Shown here: positions 7,863 to 15,487 of the stretch, piece by piece
Position numbering within the stretch: position 1 is the stretch's first letter
How the letters are laid out: each line of letters begins with the position of its first letter
Source of the DNA: a virus
Lineage: Duplodnaviria > Caudoviricetes
Virus record (IMG/VR): IMGVR_UViG_3300012979_000003
Coordinates: 1 to 64,000 of that record
Strand: one strand, 5' to 3'
Length of the DNA: 64,000 nt
The notes under the pieces: model-generated
Databases searched by the model: none
Told to the model about the DNA's origin: nothing
The model's input: the letters and a program-made list of their open reading frames with translations, nothing else
Translations under genes and position numbers: made by a program

Positions 7863-8455
7863 ACCTCTTCATCCTCTACGTCGCCGAATAACTCGGCGCG
7901 TACATCGGCCCATGTAATGGGATCGATGTAGTAGTCGGAGTAATCCTCTCCGCGGACGGGAACGTACCACGTTCCTGCCTTGTCTTCGTCCGGCTCATCT
8001 TGAGCCAGACAACGACGCATCATTTCCGCGTCCACAAGGGTGCGGAAATTCTCACCAAGGTCGTCTAAGGCGACCACACTCACTGACGCAACGCACGTCG
8101 GTGGAACTGCTTCCACCGTGTCGTTGCCATCGGCATCACGGACAATTCGCTTCCTATGCTGTATAAGCTTAGGAACGTTGTCGTCCGTGTAGATAACGCC
8201 CTTTCCAAGGGAAACGGCGTTTGTAAGTCTCAGTCGTTTATCGACTGAAACCTCTGCACCATCCTTCGGCATCTGTGCAAGCACAGATTCGAAGAACTCA
8301 CTTTGGGAACCCCAGTTCCCAAGTATCCGAGTGAAGCCACCCTTGGCTTCCTCGGACTTTGAACACTCAACCATTAGGAATTGAGTGCCTCTGGTTGATG
8401 TACGCAGCGTAGCTGCTACTGCGTACAGTTCGACACTTTGTGTTGATTGTCTCAT
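7853..8455 (-). CDS. Hypothetical protein with acidic C-terminus (possible ssDNA-binding protein), first gene of the left arm
   Basis: 200-aa ORF, GC-richer than its surroundings. It ends DVEDEEVSE-TAG inside a terminator hairpin. The SSB idea rests only on the acidic tail. Confidence 0.65.
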   Translation of the reverse strand: MRQSTQSVELYAVAATLRTSTRGTQFLMVECSKSEEAKGGFTRILGNWGSQSEFFESVLAQMPKDGAEVSVDKRLRLTNAVSLGKGVIYTDDNVPKLIQHRKRIVRDADGNDTVEAVPPTCVASVSVVALDDLGENFRTLVDAEMMRRCLAQDEPDEDKAGTWYVPVRGEDYSDYYIDPITWADVRAELFGDVEDEEVSE

Positions 8456-8567
8456 AATAACGAAGTTTTATTGATTAATACTCGAATGTGAAACATTCGG
8501 TTCTCACCGAATGACCGGGGCTTGCCACGGCCATGAGGGTAGGGGGGCCTTGAATGGAGATGGATTC

Positions 8568-8624
8568 GCGCTCTCACAAGTTCTTACAATTTTTTAAAAA
8601 ATAAAATTTTTAGCGCTCTCACAA
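8568..8624. repeat. 12-bp direct repeat GCGCTCTCACAA in the divergent intergenic region
   Basis: Copies at 8568-8579 and 8613-8624, between a G/C-rich patch (8514-8550) and a very AT-rich tract. Confidence 0.8.
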
Positions 8625-8700
8625 ATGCTCTTCAAAAAATTTTTTATAATTTTTGTTAAATTATAGCTGTTAAAAATTTATAAAATGTGACAAATTTTGG

Positions 8701-8724
8701 CAACCCTTTTATACGTGTATCGTT
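8701..8724 (+). promoter_or_regulatory. Putative phage (late) promoter motif WAC-N15/16-CGTT
   Basis: CAAC-N16-CGTT at the start of the rightward arm. The same geometry recurs at 9611, 14027, 24320, 43476 and 46716. Confidence 0.5.
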
Positions 8725-8749
8725 CTGACTATATCAGATTACGTCAGTC

Positions 8750-8905
8750 ATGAGTAAGAAATTAATTGAATACATAGAAGAATATTAGAAACTTCTATAG
8801 TAGGAAAAAGCTAAACCTAAAAAGACATATAATATAGATATTATAGATATAGTACTACCTACTTTAGTAGAAGACTTATTAAAAATTAAACATGAGCAAG
8901 AGTAA
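8750..8905 (+). CDS. 51-aa ORF with three in-frame TAGs (including tandem TAG TAG)
   Basis: MSKKLIEYIEEY(Q)KLL(Q)(Q)EKAKPKK...HEQE-TAA. It overlaps the ATG at 8892. Confidence 0.55.
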
Positions 8906-9098
8906 GTCCCCCAAGATTACAAGATACGGTGATACTGTTAAAATCAACAGTGCGATGTATCAAATTAGAGATGAAGTAAGTAAACGTAGTTGTGAAGGTT
9001 GTGCATTTATTAATCAGTATTGCTGCAAAGACATTACAAACATTTGTACAAATGAACACGTCATCTTCAGTAGAATTAAACCTAACAAAAAGAAATAA
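8892..9098 (+). CDS. Small Cys-containing hypothetical protein
   Basis: 68-aa ORF with CEGCAF...CC...C. Confidence 0.65.
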   Translation: MSKSKSPKITRYGDTVKINSAMYQIRDEVSKRSCEGCAFINQYCCKDITNICTNEHVIFSRIKPNKKK

Positions 9099-9100
9099 TT

Positions 9101-9460
9101 ATGAATCCAGGAACAACAGTGATAGAAACAGTAGCAAACAATCTTCCTTTTACTTTTGAAAAGGACATCCTTGTAAAGCCTTTGGAGATTGAAAAGATCG
9201 AAAAGGAGATTACACGACAGGTACCTACCGGTGAGAAGGATGAGGATGGTTTTGAGAAGTACGAAACAGAAACAACTACTGAAGAGGTAACTTCAGATTT
9301 TAGAAAGGGCGTTATTTTGGCCCTCCCCACAACATATGAAGGTCATTTGCAGATTGGAGATACTATTGTGTATGTAGAGAAATTTGCTAAATATTTTGAC
9401 CTTTTCAAAGATTCACAATTGGTAAAACCCTATGATGTAATTGCCGTTATTAAGGCATAA
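9101..9460 (+). CDS. GroES-like co-chaperonin-fold protein
   Basis: DILVKP...KGVILAL...LQIGDTIVY...DVIAVI resembles the GroES pattern. Confidence 0.55.
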   Translation: MNPGTTVIETVANNLPFTFEKDILVKPLEIEKIEKEITRQVPTGEKDEDGFEKYETETTTEEVTSDFRKGVILALPTTYEGHLQIGDTIVYVEKFAKYFDLFKDSQLVKPYDVIAVIKA

Positions 9461-9541
9461 TGACTTTTTGATTTTAATAAGCATCACGTGGAATCAGTCC
9501 AATTGTAATAAAGTTACTAAAATTTGAATAGTTAGAATTTG

Positions 9542-9573
9542 AATAACCCCGGCTTCGGCTGGGGTTATTTTTT
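9542..9573 (+). terminator. Rho-independent terminator
   Basis: AATAACCCCGGC-TTCG-GCTGGGGTTATT followed by a T run. Confidence 0.85.
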
Positions 9574-9663
9574 ATTATGTGTATTTATGTTAAATACTGT
9601 TAAGGTTTATCTACTTTTCAGGATATGTGCGTTATAGTAACATAACAATAAAAATTACGATTT

Positions 9664-10074
9664 ATGGATTACAAATTTATTAAGGATACCGAATTCGCTT
9701 TTGGTAAGTTTACAAAGGGAGATGTTATTAAGTATGATGCTGAGTTTGACAAGTGGATCTATGCAGATTGTACAGATGACAGTGAGGTAATGGTTACACT
9801 CAACGAAGGTATGGTTAAACGTTTGATTGAGACTGGTTCTGTAATCTCATTGGACACTAAGTGTTGCTGCTGCAGCGATTGTGCTTGTGATAAGGTTGGT
9901 AAGGTGACAGCTAAGATTGATGAGTTACTTGAGACATACGAACGTAATCATGCAGAGCTTGTTGAACAGTACAATGAAGGTGATCTGCCCGCTTGTATTA
10001 AGGTTGAAGCTGATACAGTGTATTTCAACTTGACAAAGGTGTTGAACGAAATTAAAGGAATGCTGAATGAATAA
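9664..10074 (+). CDS. Hypothetical protein with a Cys cluster
   Basis: 136-aa ORF containing CCCCSDCAC. Confidence 0.75.
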   Translation: MDYKFIKDTEFAFGKFTKGDVIKYDAEFDKWIYADCTDDSEVMVTLNEGMVKRLIETGSVISLDTKCCCCSDCACDKVGKVTAKIDELLETYERNHAELVEQYNEGDLPACIKVEADTVYFNLTKVLNEIKGMLNE

Positions 10075-10450
10075 ATTAGTTAAGTCTGTGCCTAGACGAA
10101 AGATATACTTTGAATATCTACAGTCATTAAATGGCATACTTAACTTATCATACAGGGAATTAGAAGTAATGGCAAAACTGGTAGAGGTTGACGTAAATAC
10201 TGTGGTAAAACCAGGTGACTCAAAGAACGTCATAAACACCCAGGTACGCAAAACGCTGATGAAAGAGTTAGGGTTTACCCCAGACAACCTCTGCCGCCTT
10301 ATTTCTAAATTGAAGAAAATGGGTTATATCAAGCAAGGCTTCGCTGAAGATGAATGGGAAGTAAATAAGATATTGATACCCGAAATAATATCAGACAGAG
10401 TTCAAATAAGTATTGTATTGAAAGTTGATGATGCCGCTGAGAAACACTAA
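10067..10450 (+). CDS. Winged-helix DNA-binding protein (RepL/MarR-like)
   Basis: LSYRELEV...LMKELGFTPDNLCRLISKLKKMGYI is a wHTH pattern. Confidence 0.6.
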   Translation: MNKLVKSVPRRKIYFEYLQSLNGILNLSYRELEVMAKLVEVDVNTVVKPGDSKNVINTQVRKTLMKELGFTPDNLCRLISKLKKMGYIKQGFAEDEWEVNKILIPEIISDRVQISIVLKVDDAAEKH

Positions 10451-10670
10451 ATCTAGTATTTACACCCAATTAGCTAACAAATACAATTTACCTTACCAAG
10501 TTATTGAAGTGATCTGCAACAGCCCGTTTGTATTTGCAAACAGAAGTATATCAGATGATACAAATAAAAAACCAATCATGTTTCCTTACTTGGGTAAAAT
10601 AAAGTTGAAAAAGAAGTATGAAAAACAAGCAACAACCGAAACAACAGAAGGAGCCGCTGTACAAGTTTAA
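10425..10670 (+). CDS. HU/IHF-like DNA-binding protein
   Basis: IYTQLANKYNLPYQVIEVICNSPF...IMFPYLGKIKLK resembles the HU fold. Confidence 0.6.
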   Translation: MMMPLRNTKSSIYTQLANKYNLPYQVIEVICNSPFVFANRSISDDTNKKPIMFPYLGKIKLKKKYEKQATTETTEGAAVQV

Positions 10671-11082
10671 ATCAGCAATATACCCTAGAACCTTTTGGGT
10701 ATACTTTGGTAACAACGCTGAGTTCATAGCAAAGACATTTGAACCAAACTGTGAAATGACTGAAGCGGCTCAGATAGCAGAGATGACAGACGCGTTGAGT
10801 TCACCAGGCAGCACTACCAATGTATACGAGGAAGCTGATTTGTGGCGAGGTGTTCTGTTGTGTTTCCCATTGACTGAAGAACGTGAATTTAGAGATAATC
10901 TGAGATCATTTGTACACGAATCGGGACACGCTTGTGATTTACTATTTCAAGAGTTAGGTATAACAAAACAAGACTTTGATGAAGGTAATGAAGCATACAC
11001 ATACTTGCTAGAATGGGTGTTTGACAATATTTACGAATCTTATTTAAAATACAAAGATGAATATAAAACTGATAGAAAGTAA
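10618..11082 (+). CDS. Zincin-like (HExxH) metallopeptidase-domain protein
   Basis: FVHESGHA followed by NEAYTY. Confidence 0.6.
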   Translation: MKNKQQPKQQKEPLYKFKSAIYPRTFWVYFGNNAEFIAKTFEPNCEMTEAAQIAEMTDALSSPGSTTNVYEEADLWRGVLLCFPLTEEREFRDNLRSFVHESGHACDLLFQELGITKQDFDEGNEAYTYLLEWVFDNIYESYLKYKDEYKTDRK

Positions 11083-11998
11083 CGCAGTATTTGCACCACA
11101 AACAGACTTTACGGTAGATGGTATATGGAAGCACATTGAACGTTGTGGTAGAATCTGTTACAAATCTGAAGACCGTATAATGAAAGACTCTCACATACGT
11201 TTTGTGGATATGATTGTCAAACGTGGTCACTTGGCAGTACTTGAACACGGCACAGTGTATTTGGCCATTCCTAAAACAGACGGTGCAGATTTCATAGAAT
11301 GGTTCAGTTCAAATCCTTACAGTAGAGTTAATTCTACAGATGACGCTGCGGTAGCATACGTTACGACAAACTACAGAGTTATTATAGAAAACGGACACAC
11401 TTCAGCAATGAAGTGGATATGTAACCCTACTGAGTATCATGTGAAACGTATCACTGCAATGATCCTTTGCGATAGAGGAGTGTCGCATGAAATAGTTAGA
11501 CATAGAGTGTTCAGTTTTGCTCAAGAATCAACACGTTACTGCAATTACAGTTCAGATAAGTTCAATAAGCACATTACTTTTATAAAACCAACTTGGACAG
11601 ATCGTGGCAGACAAGATGTGTTCAATATGGCAGGAATTGATTTTGTGAGTGAGGAGAAAGCATTGATTGAATACTTGCGTGTATGTGAAGCTACTTATCA
11701 CATGCTTATAAAAGCTGGTCAAACACCTCAAGAAGCCAGAGCAGTATTACCCAATTGTACAAAAACAGAAATAGCTATGACAGGGTTTACTGATCAATGG
11801 GAAGCATTCTTCAAGCTACGCAGCGCACCCACAGCTCATCCTGATATGCAGAAAGTATCAAAGCAGTTGGAAACTGAGTACAACATCATGCAGAAAGGTA
11901 AAATAACAGGTGATATAGAACTTACCGCTGAGACAGAACAATTATTGGAAGAACAAGTTAATATTGTAAATGGAGATGAACAAATCAATAAAGAATGA
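11057..11998 (+). CDS. thyX: FAD-dependent thymidylate synthase
   Basis: GHLAVLEH, SHEIVRHRVFSFAQESTRYC and PQEARAVLP are ThyX motifs. Confidence 0.95.
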   Translation: MNIKLIESNAVFAPQTDFTVDGIWKHIERCGRICYKSEDRIMKDSHIRFVDMIVKRGHLAVLEHGTVYLAIPKTDGADFIEWFSSNPYSRVNSTDDAAVAYVTTNYRVIIENGHTSAMKWICNPTEYHVKRITAMILCDRGVSHEIVRHRVFSFAQESTRYCNYSSDKFNKHITFIKPTWTDRGRQDVFNMAGIDFVSEEKALIEYLRVCEATYHMLIKAGQTPQEARAVLPNCTKTEIAMTGFTDQWEAFFKLRSAPTAHPDMQKVSKQLETEYNIMQKGKITGDIELTAETEQLLEEQVNIVNGDEQINKE

Positions 11999-12431
11999 CT
12001 TCAAGGATAAGAAACTCAGGTGGGACTTATTGCCGTTACAAGAAATCGAAGATGTCGTCAAAGTGTACACTGCGGGAGCTGAGAAGTATGGAGACAATAA
12101 TTGGCAAGGTCTTGAAAACGGATACCAGAGATACAAAGCGGCGCTCTTTAGACACATTTTGGCGTACGAAAAAGGCGAAATCAATGATCAAGAGACACAT
12201 TGTCAACATCTCGCATGTGTGGCGTGGAACGCAATTGCAATGCTGTATTTATCAAAGCATCAAAGGGATGATCATGAACGGAATAATCTACACGAAGATA
12301 AAACGGCTACATTAATCGACGCATTGGATGAACGCATAATGTAGAGTGTGGATAACATTAATAAACTATTAGACGAATTAGAATATGATAGGAACACACA
12401 ACAGTCTAACATATCTACCACCAAAGAATAA
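11970..12431 (+). CDS. dATP/dGTP diphosphohydrolase domain protein (DUF5664), extended through TAG 12342
   Basis: KLRWDLLP...GAEKYGDNNW...AALFRH...HLACVAWNA. Reading through the TAG gives an open frame to TAA 12431. Confidence 0.8.
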
Positions 12432-12963
12432 ATTGTATAGTTTGTTTAAACCTTTCTGGCGATGTCAGAATCGATCTATATGGCGACAATTGGATGATGT
12501 AAAATTCTTCGACATCAGGCTAGTGTTCGACGAACTTGGTGAAATAAAAAGTGCAGCACATGGTTTGGTTGATCTAGATGTTTCACAACTAGGCTTAATG
12601 ACAATGTTGGCCTCAATCAAAATGCAAAATGCATACTGTAGAATAATTGTCGAACGCGGTGATTGTTCCAAAGTAAACAATGTGCTGGATAGCATAATGG
12701 TTTTGTTAAAAGACAATATCACCGAAGTAAGAATAAAGGATGGGTGGGAACTTCTATACAAAAACCCAAATATAAATCTAAACATCATTGATATGTCGTT
12801 TGTACCGTTTCATTCCGATCAACCGTGGTGGAAAGAGTGGAAAAACATATTCAAATATCCCATAAAACGCTGGGTGAAGAAGCATAAAACCAAGTTAACT
12901 AAAGAACAAATCGAAGATCCAAATACGGTATATTTCGTAGATTATTACCAATATTATATTTAA
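12385..12963 (+). CDS. PI-PLC X-domain-like phosphodiesterase
   Basis: MIGTHNS...CQNRSIWRQL...FFDIRL...AHG fits the PLC-like phosphodiesterase N-terminal motifs. Confidence 0.7.
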   Translation: MIGTHNSLTYLPPKNKLYSLFKPFWRCQNRSIWRQLDDVKFFDIRLVFDELGEIKSAAHGLVDLDVSQLGLMTMLASIKMQNAYCRIIVERGDCSKVNNVLDSIMVLLKDNITEVRIKDGWELLYKNPNINLNIIDMSFVPFHSDQPWWKEWKNIFKYPIKRWVKKHKTKLTKEQIEDPNTVYFVDYYQYYI

Positions 12964-12968
12964 AAATT

Positions 12969-13475
12969 ATGAAGCGAATTAAAACTTTAAAATTTAAGAA
13001 GTTAGACTACTCGGTAAAGAACGAAGACGGTAGTGAAGAGATTAAGAAATCAGAAGGGGTGTTGCCCGTAAGAGCACATGATACTGATGCAGGATTAGAC
13101 CTTTATGCTACACGTATTACTCAAGAACTTGACAACAGTGGCAAGTTGATCTTGGTTTATCACACTGATCTTGCTGTAGAGATTCCAGAAGGTTATGTAG
13201 GATTGTTGTTTATGAAATCATCGGTTAGCAAGCGATCAATTACTCTAGCTAACGCGGTTGGCGTAATTGATGCCGGATACAGAGGCGAACTTATGTTCAA
13301 GTACAAGATTACAACAGACGCTGTACCTACAATCTATCAGCAAGGCGAAGCTTGTGGGCAGTTGGTAATTGTTCCCATCGTAACCCCTACTCCAGTATTG
13401 GTAGATGAATTAAGTGATACAGATAGAGGTGAAGGTGGATTTGGTTCAACAGAAAATTTACAGGAAGCTGCATAA
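12969..13475 (+). CDS. dut: dUTPase (trimeric)
   Basis: AGLDL, KSS, GVIDAGYRGE, GQLV and RGEGGFGST correspond to motifs I-V. Confidence 0.95.
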   Translation: MKRIKTLKFKKLDYSVKNEDGSEEIKKSEGVLPVRAHDTDAGLDLYATRITQELDNSGKLILVYHTDLAVEIPEGYVGLLFMKSSVSKRSITLANAVGVIDAGYRGELMFKYKITTDAVPTIYQQGEACGQLVIVPIVTPTPVLVDELSDTDRGEGGFGSTENLQEAA

Positions 13476-14002
13476 TGAAACTAGCAGATATAGTTGCAGG
13501 TAAAGTGGTAATCCATCAGGATATGCTTGCCATTCCAGCCTTTAAGAAATTATATGAGGCTGATAAGAAAGACAAGAAACACGCTACAGACGTAATAAGC
13601 TATATCGTATTAAAGAATAAGCCAGACAGTCCATACGTAAAAAGTATGGCTGCTGGCGATATCGAAACAAAACTTAAGAAGGAATTCTTTAATGACGAGG
13701 CTTATACACTTACTTTAGATGAACAGTTGTGCGAAGATGAATACAAACTGTTTATGAATACCAGAGAGTTGCAAATGCTCAACGCAATGCGTAAGAAACT
13801 AGACAGCATTAGTGATTACTATAGTAAATCATTAGCTGAAGAACTAGATGAAAAGAAGATTAAAGACCTGTTATCAGGTATGGCTTCAGTAGGTAATGTA
13901 TTTAAGTCTATTGACGCATTGGAGAAAGCTGTAAAAGCAAACGAGTTAGCAGCAAGTAAGGTACGCGGTGGCGTTGACATAAACCCATACGAAATGGCAT
14001 AA
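13475..14002 (+). CDS. Conserved crAss-type hypothetical protein
   Basis: 175-aa ORF coupled to dut by a TAATG overlap. It ends VRGG...NPYE. Confidence 0.75.
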   Translation: MKLADIVAGKVVIHQDMLAIPAFKKLYEADKKDKKHATDVISYIVLKNKPDSPYVKSMAAGDIETKLKKEFFNDEAYTLTLDEQLCEDEYKLFMNTRELQMLNAMRKKLDSISDYYSKSLAEELDEKKIKDLLSGMASVGNVFKSIDALEKAVKANELAASKVRGGVDINPYEMA

Positions 14003-14076
14003 TTGTCTTTGCTAAACATTTTATAAATACTTTTTTTGAAATCGTCGTTTATACGACATATACAACGAATAGAATT

Positions 14077-14310
14077 ATGAAGAAGAATACGAAACGAATT
14101 AAAAAGAATACTAAACCAGTAGCAGTATTGGATCTCACAAACCTCACAAGTATTGAAGATTTCTATAATAGAATGGAAACTTTTAAGGAAGAGCATGGTA
14201 TTACATTAGTACTTCCTGAGGTAGTGATCCCTGTAAAGAAAGAATCTTGGTTGTCTCGAATGTGGAAGAACGTTAAGAACTTCTTTAAGACAATCTTGTT
14301 TTTGAATTAA
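14077..14310 (+). CDS. Hypothetical protein
   Basis: 77-aa ORF with an amphipathic C-terminus. Confidence 0.6.
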   Translation: MKKNTKRIKKNTKPVAVLDLTNLTSIEDFYNRMETFKEEHGITLVLPEVVIPVKKESWLSRMWKNVKNFFKTILFLN

Positions 14311-14389
14311 CTTTTTCATACAAATTTTGTTTTTAAATAACTTTTGTCTTGTAAGTCTTAGTGGGGAGACGTTAAACACCCCACCACAT

Positions 14390-14464
14390 TCCCCTATGGT
14401 GTAATGGTTAGCACAGGAGGCTCTAACCCTCTTAGTCTGAGTTCGAATCTTAGTGGGGGTACCA
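14390..14464 (+). tRNA. Amber suppressor tRNA (anticodon CUA), tRNA-Gln-like body
   Basis: TCCCCTA TG GTGT AATGGTTA GCAC A GGAGG CT CTA AC CCTCT TAGT CTGAG TTCGAAT CTTAG TGGGGGT A CCA. The anticodon CTA is at 14423-14425 and the 1:72 pair is unpaired. Confidence 0.95.
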
Positions 14465-14638
14465 ATAAGAAAATGCTTAAAGTGGATTACTACATATTTA
14501 AGATCTGTTGAGTAAGTGATTGCTGTGAACAGAGGCGCAAGTTAAGGCTACTTGCAATACTGAGTGCCAAAATACCCAAATCTCAGTTGCCTCCCTTACA
14601 TTTCTTTGTAAGGCCCGCCCCTGGAAAGGGGCTTATAT

Positions 14639-14713
14639 CGCGGAGTGGAGCAGAGGTAGCTCGACAGGCTCATGACCTGGAGGTCGCGGGTTCGATTCCC
14701 GCCTCCGCAACCA
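14639..14713 (+). tRNA. tRNA-Met(CAU), initiator-like
   Basis: Full cloverleaf with a C1:A72 mismatch, anticodon CAT and encoded CCA. Confidence 0.9.
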
Positions 14714-14731
14714 ATTGCAATTAAAATTTAC

Positions 14732-15487
14732 ATGGTTGACTTCTAGAAGAAAATTCGTAATTCTGATAAATTGATTTCATATCTACCAAGCATCCCCTTA
14801 GATGAAGTGAGTATTCATCATTGGGGATGTTGTGGTATCTATCAAATCAAAAATAAAAAGAATGGAAAGTTGTATATCGGTTAGGCATTGAACATTAAGA
14901 AGCGACTGCTGCAACACATTTCTACAGCAAAACGATCTGCAAAACTTCCAATACACCTGGCGATAAATAAATACGGTATTGACTGCTTCGAGGTGACAAT
15001 ATTGGCTTCAGTGAATTTGTATGGAAAGTCAAAAGACACAATTAAGACTGAGTTAAACGCCCTAGAACAATTCTATATTGAATTGTATGATAGTTATACA
15101 AACGGATACAACGCTACAATTGGTGGAGATTGTGGACGATTAGGGCAGCATCATTCCGAACAAACTAAGTTGAAGATGAAGCGATCTGCAAAAGGTTATA
15201 AACCAAAGTGTGCCAAAGACGCTTAGAAACCGGTTTTCGGATACGATTTGCAGAATAAACGATTTATTGATGGCGAAAGTGTTGCTGATGTTGCTAGAAA
15301 ATGCGGTGTTGACACCAGAAGCGTTAGTTATATTTGTAACAATACCACGTACACATTGGGAGGTAGATTCATTGCACACTATCGTTTTTTATTTTCATTT
15401 GAACGTGAGGATTTGGTAAATCGAATAAATTGGTACTTTTCTAAGAATTACAAACCGTCTAGAGGGCAGCACAAATATCATGGTTGA
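14732..15487 (+). CDS. GIY-YIG homing endonuclease (NUMOD3/HTH C-terminus) with a terminase-derived N-terminus and 3 in-frame TAGs
   Basis: MVDF(Q)KKIRNSDK...CGIYQIKNKKNGKLYIG(Q)A...GYN...HHSEQTKLKM. TAGs at 14744, 14882 and 15224. The TGA stop overlaps the terL start. Confidence 0.9.

Noticed and set aside
14465-14560. Theta (HDV-like) ribozyme after the suppressor tRNA
   Set aside because: I could not build the nested double pseudoknot by eye, and the tRNA already encodes CCA. Left as an unassigned structured spacer.
14732-15487. Group I intron or intein in terL
   Set aside because: No P/Q/R/S elements or intein termini flank the endonuclease, and terL has its own complete start at 15480.
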